DNA from: Octopus sinensis
Taxonomy: Eukaryota
DNA length: 64,000 nt
NCBI RefSeq assembly: GCF_006345805.1
Contig: NC_043022.1
Span: 13,764,001-13,828,000, forward strand
Direction: 5' to 3'
Position 1 is the stretch's first letter, and every line of letters begins with the position of its first letter. The position numbers and the translations under genes were made by a program. Positions 11,405-23,079 of this stretch are shown here, piece by piece. A model generated the notes under the pieces. It searched no databases. It saw only the letters and a list, made by a program, of their open reading frames with translations, and had not been told where the DNA came from.

Positions 11405-12676
11405 ATTTGTTTATAAGACCGACTGCTTAAGACCCTGAAGTTTTTTAGTAATGCCAGTATAATAGTATAATGCAGAATTCTGTGTGTGACTTTTACCTGG
11501 GAATGTACCTTAAGAATGTAAAAATTTAAAACAAAGCTATGTAGACCTATAGGCCGACTTACGACCAGTCAGTCGGAACCAATTGTGGTCGTAAGTCAAT
11601 AACGACCTGTACTAATGTTTCATTTATGATGTGCTCTTTTTCTTTCAAAGAGTTGTCTCAATGCACTGAGTCCTATTTACAAAGTTGGGCCATGCCCAGC
11701 TTTAATGTATTAAAACCGTTTGCTCTGCTAAAATTTGGGAGTGTGTAATATGCATGTGTGTGTGTCCTTTGATGCCATGAAATATGGTAGTGCCTAAGTG
11801 AAGTCTGTGGAAGATTTAGAGAAGAAATTCCAGGTGTGGAAACAAAACCCACAATCAAGAGGCTTTTTTTTGTTTTTTTTGAAATTTTCTTGAGCCCTGA
11901 GATTCATCAGACCAGTTACTCTATTTCCATGGTAGACAAGTAACTGAGATCTCAATATTCTTCTTGAATGGGATGCCAGTCCATTGCAGGTTTCAAGGCC
12001 AGCAACTGTGAGGGAATTTGGTTGACAGAAACCTTTCAGTTTTAAGGCGGCGAGCTGGCTGAAATGTTTGCACGCCGGGCGAAATGCTTAGTGGTATTTC
12101 ACCTGCCGCTACGTTCTGAGTTCAAATTCCGCTGAGGTCGACTTTGCCTTTCATCCTTTCAGGGTCAATTAAATAAGTACCAGTTACGCACTGTGATTGA
12201 TATAATCGACTTAATCCATTTGTCTGTCCTCTCTGTGTTTAGCCCCTTGTGGGTAGTAAAGAAATAGGTATTTCGTCTGCCGCTACGTTCTGAGTTCAAA
12301 TTCTGCCGAGGTCGACTTTGCCTTTCATCCTTTTGGGGTCGATAAATTAAGTACCAGTTGCGTACTGGGGTCGATGTAATCGACTTAATCCCTTTTTCTG
12401 TCCTTGTTTGTCCCCTCTATGTTTAGTCCTTTGTGGGTAGTAAAGAAATAAGAAACCTGTCATATGTGTGTGTGTGTATGTCATTTTTTTTCCATAAATA
12501 TTTAAAGAAAATTAAATGAAAATATTTAACAAAATTGAAAAAGATCAATAAAAATTCAGTCATATTATATTGATATAACTGAAACATTTGTTTGGTAAAA
12601 TATTGGTTAATATTTGACACCCATAAGATTATCCACCATCTTTTCAACAACAACTTTGGGCATTTCTGTGAATTGC

Positions 12677-13000
12677 ATCTAACACTCATGGACATGCTTA
12701 AAAAAAATTAAAAAAACAACACAGCACGCATGACTTTTGGAAACTTTTTTTTTCGCTCAGAATTACTGAAGCATGGAATAAACTATCTGCATCAGTTGTC
12801 AGCTGTTTGGACACTACATCCTTTAAAATTTCCATTCTTCCTGAAATCTGCTGACAGTACATTCGATGCCCCCCCCCATTTCTTCTCCCTTTTTTTTCTT
12901 TTGTTTTTTAAAGACTCATTCACGGTTCACTTCCTGTGTTATTCTGTGTCCTGTTCATGCAGTTTTGGTTTTTCGGATGACTTGTGGTGCACCTAAGCAC
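12677..13000 (+). mobile_element. Degraded CR1/L2-like LINE 3' end
   Basis: Similar to the 19832 copy, with frameshifts. Confidence 0.7.
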
Positions 13001-13577
13001 TGAATACGATAAGTTCCTTATCATAACATAGCATCAATATTTGGCTGAAATTAGTGAATTTTGGCCTTAAATTTGCTATGCCCTTTCAGGTTGAATTCAC
13101 TAATAATTCAGCACCCTTAATACTCAAGCTGTCAGGATCTTCAAGGGCCAACATCGACCAATTTGCCAGCCCCTGATATAAGGATGAGCTGATAAAGTCA
13201 CCAGTAAAGTTGCAAGGGACGTAACTGTGGTGGTACCTCTTATTAGTGATTAGAAAGGCTGAGAAAGGGGGAGAGAAAATGGGTCTCAAGTTAACAGGAA
13301 ACCCTAATTTGGTGTGTATGTGTTTGTAGGGATTGGAAAAGGGTTGAGGTAATATCATCATTATCTTCTGCAGAACTGTTAAAGCATGTCTTAAGACAAA
13401 ACAATTTCAGCTTCACTTATCTAACATAAAGTTGGACATGGAGTCAGTATTATAGAAATACATTCTTCTGTGTTAGTCCACTCAACGTTGTTGTGCCATT
13501 CAAGACATATTATATTTTACAAACAATACACAATGCTTCAAGCAAATTACAATACTCTCCTATATATATATATATAT

Positions 13578-13880
13578 ATATCACGTGATCATGTGACCGA
13601 CCAGACCATCAGATGTTGCTACACATTGCTGGTCACAATGCGTTTGCATTGTTTTAGCCTTCGAATGACGCCACCCCGCTGGCTAAGTAAGCAGGCCAAC
13701 AGAAGAAAGAGTGGTGAAAGAGTACAGCAGGGATCACCACTACCCCCTGCCGGAGCCTTGTGGAGCTTTAGGTGTTTTCGCCCAATAAACACACACAACG
13801 CCCGGTCTGGGAATCGAAACGGCGATCCTGAGACCGCGAGTCCGCTGCCCTAACCACTAGGCCATTGTGCCTCCACATAT
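13578..13880 (-). mobile_element. tRNA-derived SINE (head TGGAGGCACAATGGCCTAGTGGTTAGGG); related heads at about 19215-19520(-), 39730-39975(+), 63285-63625(+), 10130-10340(-)
   Basis: A-box and B-box-like motifs, no complete cloverleaf, dispersed copies. Confidence 0.75.
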
Positions 13881-15490
13881 ATATATATATCAGCATTCAA
13901 GCGTGATCGTTACCGCGTCGCCTTACTAGCACTTGTGATGGTGGCATGTGAAACATTTGAGCGAGGACATCACCAGTGACTCTGAACTGGCTCCTGTGCA
14001 ATTGGCACGTAAAAAGCACCATTTGGACTTAGCTGTTGCCAGTACCACAAAACTGGCCCTCGTGCCAGTGGCACGTAAAAGCACCCACTACACTCTCGGA
14101 GTGGTTGGCGTTAGGAAGGGCATCCAGCCGTAGAAACACTGCCAGATCAGACTGGAGCCTGGTTCGCCAGACCTCAGTCAAATCGTCCAACCCATGCTAG
14201 CATGGAAAGCGGATGTTAAATGATGATGATGATGATACATATATATATATGAACGTTGTAGTTCACTGGAAGCATTGTATTACAGAAGTAGAAAATGAAA
14301 GAAAAGAGAAATAAGGAAAGCTTCTAAGAAGGAAGCTCAAAGGTTTTTTTAAAACCTTTCTGCATTGTTAAAAGGTTTCCTTATTTCACATTTCATTTAT
14401 TATTATACGTGTGTGTGTAAGTGTGTGCATACACAGACCCACACAATAGTATTGAACAAAGGAAATGAGTGCTTGACCCTGCATTTGGTGGATAAACATT
14501 CTATACTTGTGAATTACTAGTGCTACCAATGGTTTCTTGAGGAAAAAAATTAAATCTTCAATTACTGCTCTTTTGGTTGCTGGTCATATTGGTAGCACTG
14601 TACCGTTAGCTCCTACACGCATTTTTTTCTCTCCTTGTTTCTTTTCTGTGTATCTTTCTGTCAAAGAGCGTAGGCTCGAAACGTAAAAGACTTGTTTTAT
14701 TTCTATTCCTGAGTGCCATACTAATACATTTGTTTGTTTGTACTCCACCTGCCTTTGTCTTTTGTTTATTTTCGTAAACCTTCCCGTTATACTATACATA
14801 CTATATATATGCTGTGCTTGAGGAGACCTATTGAGTCAAGTACATCAACATCAAAATAAATATCAAATGGAAATTGTAGTTGTGATACCTGTGCCGGTGG
14901 CATGTAAAAAGCATCATCCGAACGTGGCCAATGCCAGTGCCGCCTTGATTGGCTTCTGTGCCGGTGGCACGTAAAAAGCACCAACTGATTGCGGCTGTTG
15001 CCAGCCTCCTCTGCTGGAGGCACATAAAAAGCAACCACTATACTCATGGAGTGGTTGGCGTTAGGAAGGGCATCCAGCTGTAGAAACACTGCCAGATCAG
15101 ACTGGAGCCTGGTGCAGCGTCCTAGCTTCCCAGACCCTGGTTGAACCGTCCAACCCATGCCAGCATGGAAAGCAGACGTTAAATGATGATGATGATGATA
15201 TTGCCAATACGTGCATGTGTGTTTGTCTCCCACCACTGCTTGACAACTGGTGTTGGTTTGTTTGCGTCCCCATAACTTAGTGGTTCAGCAAATGAAACCA
15301 ACAGAATTAAGTACATGACTTAGAAAAAAAAAAAAGAACCCCGAAAGTACCAGAGTCGACGTGTTTGACTAAGCCCTACAAGATGATGCCCCAGCATGGC
15401 CACAATCCAATGACTGACATAAGTGAAAGATAAAAGATGAGAAAAAAAAAACAAAATTAAAAACAAACAGAAATAATTAACAGAATCTGC

Positions 15491-15496
15491 TTTAAT
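15491..15496 (-). terminator. Candidate poly(A) signal ATTAAA for SPCS1
   Basis: ATTAAA on the minus strand about 110 nt after the stop codon. Confidence 0.4.
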
Positions 15497-15607
15497 AGCA
15501 CAGACATTTTTGTAGATCTGCAAACAGATTGAAAAAAAAAAGGGGCTTAAAGAAAAAACAAAAAAAAATTCAGATCCAATTGTTTTGGTTTACAAAAACG
15601 TTGACAT

Positions 15608-15739
15608 CTAATAGGTTTTTTCCTTCTTTTTGTGTCTCTTCTCGTTGGTCTGTGAAGTATTTCCCTCTGTGTCGGTCTTCTTCGCTTTCTGCCAATTCAG
15701 AGGTTTCTGTCGGTACATTGGCCAAGGAGGTAGAGTTAA
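15608..15739 (-). CDS. SPCS1: SPCS1 coding exon 4 (terminal): LTLPPWPMYRQKPLNWQKAKKTDTEGNTSQTNEKRHKKKEKTY*
   Basis: Pyrimidine-tract/CAG acceptor; LTLPPWP motif typical of SPC12/SPCS1; TAG stop at 15608-15610; phase 0 matches exon 3. Confidence 0.95.
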   Translation of the reverse strand, partial: LTLPPWPMYRQKPLNWQKAKKTDTEGNTSQTNEKRHKKKEKTY

Positions 15740-16138
15740 CTGGAAAGAGAGAGAGAGAGAGAGAGACACAGAAATTAACAGGTGCAGGGCATGGCCATGT
15801 GTGATCAAGGGTTAGCGTTAGGATGCCTTTTATTAAAGTTTGTAGCCAAAGCCTTCTGAGTGGATTTAGTAGACAGAAACAGAAAGAAGCCCTTTTATAT
15901 ATGAGGCGGCGAGCTGGCAGAAACGTTAGCACGCCGGGCGAAATGCGTAGCCGTATTTCGTCTGCCGTTATGTTCTGGGTTCAAATTCCGCCGTGGTCGA
16001 CTTTGCCTTTCATCCTTTCGGGGTCGATAAATTAAGTACCAGTTACGCACTGGGGTCGATGTAATCGACTTAATCCGTTTGTCTGTCCTCGTTTGTCCCC
16101 TCTGCGTTTAGCCCCTTGTGGGTAGTAAAGAAATATAT

Positions 16139-16325
16139 ATGAGGGGGTGCTCAAAAGTTCTTTGCTTTAGGTAAACGAAAACACAGGAGGATCAGTTAAT
16201 TAGGATTTTATCCAACATATTCCCCTCTCAGAGTCACACACTTATTGCAGCGGTCCTTCAGTTTTTCTGAGCCCTGTAAAAGAACTCGGAAAGTTGGGCC
16301 TCCAACCGGGCATTTTTCATTACCC
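16139..16325. mobile_element. mariner-like fragment (one end, GAGGGGGTGCTCAAAAGTT)
   Basis: TA followed by a mariner-type terminal sequence; the other end is not seen. Confidence 0.5.
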
Positions 16326-16552
16326 TTAACCCTTTAGTATTTAATCCGGCCATATCTGGCCAAAATAGTTAATCTGTTTTATGTTCAAACTGACCAGATC
16401 CAGGCCCTCACACTTACCCTACAATGTTATTCTACATTAAGTAATTACACCATCAAGATCTTGAAGATATGAGATAATGCATGATTAATTCAAATCAATG
16501 GGAATCAATAGGCATTATGTTTGATAGAATAATCTGAACACTAAAGGGTCAA
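16326..16552. mobile_element. piggyBac-like MITE, second family (TTAA-CCCTTTAG...CTAAAGGG); relatives at about 19565-19780, 33666-33891 and 62583-62805
   Basis: TTAA sites, terminal inverted repeats, shared internal sequence. Confidence 0.75.
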
Positions 16553-16972
16553 AGTTGCTTCTGTTTCCAGAAGCAATTGCTTAGTCCCGTGGACACTTAC
16601 CCCATCTCCACTCATGGATAAGTCACAAAGGAAAGACAATACATTCACAGTATCCATGGAGCTGCATTAGGGCCCCTTCGGAATTTTCTGTAGGGGGTTT
16701 ACTCCCTTAACCTTCTTTAAATACCCAGTAAATTACCCAGCAAGACAGTAGGGGTTTATTATTACCATGGTCTGTATGGTTTGTGCAGAACCAGTTCCAT
16801 TCTCCCATTGTTCAAGTGCTATGAGCCCAGTAGTCATCAAGATGTAAAGAGTTATCTTCTCTGAGATGAGCAGCTAAAGAGCTGAAGGGCTTCATTTGCC
16901 CTGGGTTCATTGGGAGTGGGGTTCTGTGAGTAACTTCTTCGAGGGGGCAATTCCATGACATGCTAATTAACC

Positions 16973-17200
16973 CATAACTGGGTGGGTCCTAACAGGTGCT
17001 ATTACTCCGGGGTCAGACTAGACCAGGAAACAATAGTGGCTAAGGGGTCATAACTGGGTGGGTCCTAACAGGTGCTATTACTCCGGAGTCAGACTAGACC
17101 AGGGAAAAATAGTGGCTAAGGGGTCATAACTAGGTGGGCCCTAACAGGTGCTATTACTCTGAGGTCAGACTAGACCAGGGAACAATAGTGGCTAAGGGGT
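16973..17200. repeat. Three tandem 76-bp units
   Basis: CATAACTGGGTGGGTCCTAACAGGTGC... starts at 16973, 17049 and 17125. Confidence 0.9.
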
Positions 17201-17321
17201 GGGTCCACACTCCTCAAAATCTTGGGACCCATAAACCCAAGGTCCCACTATTTGATGCAGTTTCAAGTTGTATACCCAAGGACATAAGGATTTGTTGGAT
17301 AATTAATTAAATAGTACTTAC

Positions 17322-17408
17322 TAAACACGAGAGTGCAAATCCGGCTAATAATATATACATCGTCCATGAAAACTGTTGGCAGATATAACCATAGATGAAA
17401 CCAACCAC
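17322..17408 (-). CDS. SPCS1: SPCS1 coding exon 3: [29 protein letters not shown] (transmembrane segments)
   Basis: tttcAG acceptor, GTAAGT donor, 87 nt; matches the SPCS1 GFIYGY...AGFAxSCL motif. Confidence 0.95.
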
Positions 17409-17538
17409 CTGAAATTAAAAAAGTTAAATCACAATCAACAATTAAGTTTGACAGGTAAATTGGAGTCAATTTAATTGGACTGATTAACCTCTCTCCCTAA
17501 TTGTCAGGTTTTGTACCTTTATTGGAAGCAATTATTTA

Positions 17539-17720
17539 TTAGGTTGGTGCATAATTATTGCGGCTTTTTTTCAATATATTTTATTCAACAAAAAATTTAA
17601 ACAAAATGCTGAGCAGAAATCGAGGTAGATGGTGAATATGCTCCAGAATAATCATTTAAAGATGTTTTTGTTGAATGAAATTTATTGAAAAAAAGCCGCA
17701 AGAATTATGCACCAACTTAA
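17539..17720. mobile_element. mariner MITE with Hsmar1/MADE1-like TIRs
   Basis: TA|TTAGGTTGGTGCATAATTATTGCGG ... CCGCAAGAATTATGCACCAACTTAA|TA. Confidence 0.8.
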
Positions 17721-18635
17721 TACAATGTTGTGATTAGTCGAGGAAGAAGAGGAGGGGGCCAGTAGAAGAGGATGCTGTACTGAATACATTTTTATAGTCC
17801 TTAGTTCCGGTTTCAAATCCTGTCAGATCCAGTCGTTTTAATTTCTCCAATAAGGGATTGATAAAGTGACTATCAGTAACATATTGGGGGCTGATTCAGT
17901 CAATTATTCTGTTATTCTTTTATGCTTCTACCGTGGCCATGCGGGGGCACTTCCTTGAAATGTCAGATTTTGTTATACATCGCTGGTCACAATGCGCTTT
18001 GCATCATTTTTTAGCTGGCTCGGTGATTAGGCCAGAATTTCTGTAGTAACGGCATCAAACTTGGTATATCACGAAGACTTGTTTACTCTTAGGTGAGGAA
18101 TACTTTTTACTTGTTTTGGTCATTAGATTGCGACCATGCTGGGGCACTGTCCTGAAAAATTTTAGTTGAATAAATCAAACCTAGTACTTATTCTATCAGT
18201 TCCCATTTGCTGAACTGCTAAGTTATGGGGACATAAACACACCAAAACCAGTTATTAATATATATACATTTATACGTATATATATGTGTGTGTGTGTGTG
18301 TATATATATATGACAGGATATCTTCAGTTTCCGTCTGCTAAATCCAGTCACAAGGCTTTGGTTGGCCCAATGCTATAGTACAAGACACTTGCCCGAGGTA
18401 CCACACAGCCACACCTGTGCCTATATAGTATAAAGATGAATAACAGAGATTAAGGCCCAGATGTGGCTGAAAGGATGAAAGGCAAGTTGACCTTGGTGGA
18501 ATTTGAACTCAGAACAAAGTGGCAGATGACATGCCGCTAAGCATTTTGCCCAGTGTGCTAACGATTCTGCCAGCTCGCCACCTTTTATAATATTAATAAT
18601 AATAATAACAATAAAGATAATGAAAATAATCTTAC

Positions 18636-18695
18636 TCCAAATAGAATTATAATTATCTGGAATGTTCTCTCCGCTTGTCTTTGGCCATCAAAGTC
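18636..18695 (-). CDS. SPCS1: SPCS1 coding exon 2: DFDGQRQAERTFQIIIILFG
   Basis: ttttgtAG acceptor, GTAAGA donor, 60 nt; matches the DyxGQkxAE motif. Confidence 0.95.
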
Positions 18696-19831
18696 CTACA
18701 AAACAAAAAACAAAGGGAAACAAGTTATAATTCTTAGCAGACAAAAGCTAAGTCTTGCAGTTAAATGCAGTACAAGATGGAAGCTGGTTAAAATATCTTT
18801 ATCATCGTCAGTAAAGTAACAACCAGTGAACTGGTGGTGGTAATGGTGGGTCTGCTGGTTTTTTTTTTTTTTTTTGGTTCTTATGTGTTATTGAAGAGAA
18901 AGTGAGTTGTGTGTCTGGCTTTTGCCAGCTTTCCCAGAGGGTTAGAAAATGATGTCTGTAGAAAAAAATGTGGGGAAGGAAGGAATGGGTAGCAGGAGTT
19001 TGCTTTTGTCATCATCACCATCGCCATCATCATTTTAACATCCACTTTTCGAAGCTCGGACAAGTCAAGGTGGAGTTTTTATTGAAGCAGATCTTCTACA
19101 GCTGGATGCCCTTCCTTTAGGTAACCCTCACCTGTTTCCAAGTAAGAGATTATTATTTTTTACCCCCCCCCCCCCCCATGACTAGACATATTTTCAGGGA
19201 GGACTGGAAATGAAGTTGTTTTGTTCCTTCTCGAACCATGCCTGGCTCATAAGGGCCGCTTTCCCGGTTCCCTTGGTTTATAGGTTCCTCACCTGGACGG
19301 GATGCCAGTCTGCTGCAGGTGAGCTGCAAGATGCAGGAGGAAAGAGTGAAAGAAAGTTGTGGGCAAGAGAGTCAGCAGAAGTTCACCATTACCTTCTGCT
19401 GGAGCTGCGTGGAGCTTAGGTGTTTCGTTCATAAATACACACATCGCCTGGTCTGAGATTCGAACCCACGATCCGTCGACCGCAAGTCCACTGCTCTAAC
19501 CACTAGGCCATGTGCCTCCACACTGGAAATGAAGGACAGCACTTGTATGATGGAGAGACTTACATTAACCCTTTAGCGTTTAAATCTGCCATTCCTGCCC
19601 TACCTGGCCCAAATATTCTCCGTTTCATGGTGAAGCTGAACAGATCTGACTTCTCACACCTATTTTACAAAGTAATTCTACACATCATTGAAACCTCGAA
19701 GCTGTGAGATAACACAGGACTAGTTCAAAACAATTTGAATAAATAGATATTACATTTGACAGAATAATTTGAATGCTTAAGGATTACATGTCTGTGAAAC
19801 ACTCAACCACTTACATGTTCTTTTTGATCTC

Positions 19832-20165
19832 CATGTGTCCAACACACGTGGACATGCCTACAAAGTCAGAAAACAGCACAGCTCCTTCCATGACTTTCGG
19901 AAACATTTTTTCACGCTCAGAGTTGCTGAAGCATGGAACAAACTGCCTGCATCAGTTGTTGACTGCCATGACACTGCATCCTTTAAGGCCCTCATGCTTT
20001 CCGAAATCCACCGAAACTACACCTGATTGTCCCCCTTCCATACTCATACACATATGTGTATGTCATGACTCCTGCACTGTTCTTTTCCTGACGCTTGTAC
20101 ACAACCCTATGTACTATACATACACTTTAGATGAGTTGTAGTGCACCTGAGCACTGTACACAATG
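19832..20165 (+). mobile_element. CR1/L2-like LINE 3' end
   Basis: TRGHAYKVRKQ...RKHFFTLRVAEAWNKLP, the typical CR1-group C-terminus. Confidence 0.8.
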
Positions 20166-21722
20166 TTATATCATTATTATTAAGTACACAGCCTCACTTA
20201 CAAACTCCATTTGTGACACCAGCATGGAACATTCATGTGTGATGTATAATACTAACTTTCAGTAGCAGCTTGTGTATAGGAACTGTGTGACTGCAGCACC
20301 CCCTATTTCCACTCGATATTATTGATACATTATATAATCCTTAAGTTTAATGCCAGTAGCTATCCCCTAGCTTATGAAAAAAATACAAAAATCCTTGTAT
20401 AGAACTGTGTGCTTCACAGTTCCAGCGATGCGGTGTTTGGCTACTGTGCGCACGGTCACACTTTCGAGACAGGAAGCTTCACACTAGGGAGGGAGAGCAC
20501 TGCGTGAACGACAGTGCCGAGTGAAAGGTAGTGTTTCTTTTTGACTCGGCATGTGTTGTGCTTAAAAACGTGTTTATATTCTTGAATTTGATAAAGTGTA
20601 GAATTAGATTATTATCCTGCTTCCAGCTACAGTGTTGCTGACAGGATTTGAAAATATAGGGCACATTTCTCCACTTCCTTATTTTGTGATTTAGGGGGGA
20701 TTTTTGAAAACCATGGGGGAATTCGCAGCAGTGTTCAGTGAACAAATTAAACACACTACCCGGAAGTCACAAAAACACAAAATGATCAAGTTTATGCATA
20801 AATTTTCTTTTTATCTGTTTGTTTCCTTTTACACAATATTAAAACAATGGCTAAACATTTTCTGAAGCAGCACCCCCACTAATTTTATCTATGACCCACT
20901 ACTGCTATCATTATACACAGACTGGGTGCAATGTTGCATATAGAGTATACACCATAAATGCAACTAGGTTTCCCCATACATGTTTTGTATATATTTCCGA
21001 CTAGATGCTTGTCTTGATGAAAGACCAAGTGCTGTTGAGGACTTACAATGAAAAATATATTGAAGATTCCACAAACATAGGCGCAGGAGTGGCTGTGTGG
21101 TAAGTAGCTTGCTAACAAGGACAGACAAACGGATTAAGTCGATTATATCAACCCCAGTGCGTAACTGGTACTTATTTAATCGACCCCGAAAGGAATTTGA
21201 ACTCAGAACGTAAAGACAGACACAATACCGCTAAGCATTCCGCCCGGCGTGCTAACGATTCTGCCAGCTCGCTGCCCTAATAATAATACCGACAATAACA
21301 ATTTATTTGCTACAGGGGCATAGATGAGTGAGATTTCACAAGGATAGTCTACAATTTATGTGGTAGTTTACATAAAAGATGAGAAGAAAGAAACGGAAAA
21401 GACGGTGAAATAAGACAAAACGAAAGATTGCCACATTATACAAAGTATGTGTTCGGAAAACAGATGTTTATATGTATCGTTTACCCGAAACTTATCTTTT
21501 ATGCAATTAAGAGATTTCAGCTGACGATTTGGAGTTAACTGTCAACGATCTAAATCGGTAGGGGTTTTTAAAACGGTCAGTAGTTCAAGCTAAAGGGGTT
21601 AATTAAAGGTAAATAAATAACATAAACATTGGTTTCTGCTGGAGAGGAAACCAGCTGTGGTGAGAAGAAGACGGGAAAAGGACGACAAAATTAAATGGAA
21701 TTATGTTTGGATAGTTTCTCAC

Positions 21723-21779
21723 CATATGTGTAGGGATAGATTTTATACTCTCGGGTAGAAAATCTTTGATGAAATCCAT
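21723..21779 (-). CDS. SPCS1: SPCS1 coding exon 1: MDFIKDFLPESIKSIPTHM
   Basis: aaaATGG start, GTGAGA donor, 57 nt; ...SIPTHM|D resembles SPCS1 ...SLPTQM|D; the four exons join to 111 aa. Confidence 0.9.
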
Positions 21780-22560
21780 TTTTCCGTTCCGTGTGTCTAG
21801 AAATGAGGAGGACTTTGCTGGTTCGATTTTCTTTTCTGCCAGAAGTGAAAGTCTCACCGAGTTTGTGCTACGTTGAAATCTCGTAGATTCTCGTTCGGTC
21901 AAAGAACTGAAACGAGATTTGTTTTAGTATATTCTCTTGGAGAAGTTTAAGGATTTGGAATCGGTCTCCCCTCACACACACTTTTTTTTAAAGTATTTTT
22001 GTAGGTTTCACAATCTTTTACATTTGTGAGTTCAAATTTCGCCATAGGATAAATAAATGTGAAGAATCAGGGCAAAATTAAAACAAAAAAGCTCTGTGTT
22101 TGTGCGCCCGCGCGCGCTGAGAATTTATAAAACCATCGTGGTTTACTCGAACGCCGAAACGAAATAAAAAAATGGTTACTTTTTTTACTCCACTGATAAA
22201 AATACTTTCATTTTAAAAGAACGTATATTACAACAAAAGAAACAATTAAGTAACTTTTAGGTAATTAGTTTGAAAGAGCATTGAAAAATAAAACATTATT
22301 AACATGTAATGACATTACGAATGAGCAATGCTTTCATCATGAAATTATAGACGATCTTTCGATAATTATTACAAGAAAAAATAACATTCCAGTAGTTTTT
22401 TAATTACGGACATCATTAATTATACGTTTTAAAGATGCATAAGGCTCAGTAGAAATGTCGAAAACGTGAAATTAGCAAACAATATTTATTTTCGTTTCGG
22501 TATTTCGGCGTTAATCCAGTCAAGTACAGTAACCACTCTTCTGTTTCGTTCAAAATCTAA
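21780..22560 (-). promoter_or_regulatory. CpG-enriched 5'UTR/promoter region of SPCS1
   Basis: Unique, CpG-rich sequence directly upstream of the ATG, including GCGCCCGCGCGCGC near 22105; TSS not determinable. Confidence 0.5.
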
Positions 22561-22672
22561 GGCCAGCACTATTTTTTAAATCTGTAATCTGCGGTGCTTA
22601 AAATATAAGGATCTAGGAAAATTAGGTTTTGGGCCCTCTAGCTAATTTCTGACTCTATTCTATAGGAATGCT

Positions 22673-23079
22673 GGATCTTTTCGGTTTGAACGGCAGTTTT
22701 TTAAAAATAATTTCCACATAACTAAACACTTTTAAACTTCGTATACTGGTAGAATGTGTTTATAAAACATCTTTTTCTCTTGGCTTTATTGAGAAAATTC
22801 TATAGTTTGTAAGATATTTGTTGTTTTTTTTCTTCAATTTCTTCAATTTCAACCAATCAGTGACGTCTATTAAGGTAAAAAGCATTCTGTGCCATATGAA
22901 TATGTCCCTCGTTTAAGAAACAGATTGGGTTTATTTACATTTGCGAAGTAAAAAAGATACCCTTCCCTAACCCTAAAAGAGATTGAAATGCAATAGATCG
23001 ATACTAGGGTTATAATTATGGGTGACAATTTCATATGACACCGCTAGAAAAAAAACTGCCGTTCAAACCGAAAAGATCC
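22673..23079. mobile_element. MITE with about 30-bp TIR GGATCTTTTCGGTTTGAACGGCAGTTTTTT
   Basis: Perfect inverted termini; TSD not evident. Confidence 0.8.

Noticed and set aside
13086-13262. Minus-strand exon-like frame FLITNKRYHHSYVPCNFTGDF...
   Set aside because: Acceptor is plausible but there is no convincing donor, no recognisable homology and no phase-consistent partner exon; worth only an RNA-seq check
16601-16690. Strong minus-strand GTAAGT donor suggesting an extra SPCS1 exon
   Set aside because: All frames from the nearest strong acceptor hit stops, and SPCS1 is complete without it
21780-21902. In-frame N-terminal extension of SPCS1 in the ORF track
   Set aside because: It begins at TTG rather than ATG; the ATG at 21779 gives a typical SPCS1 length
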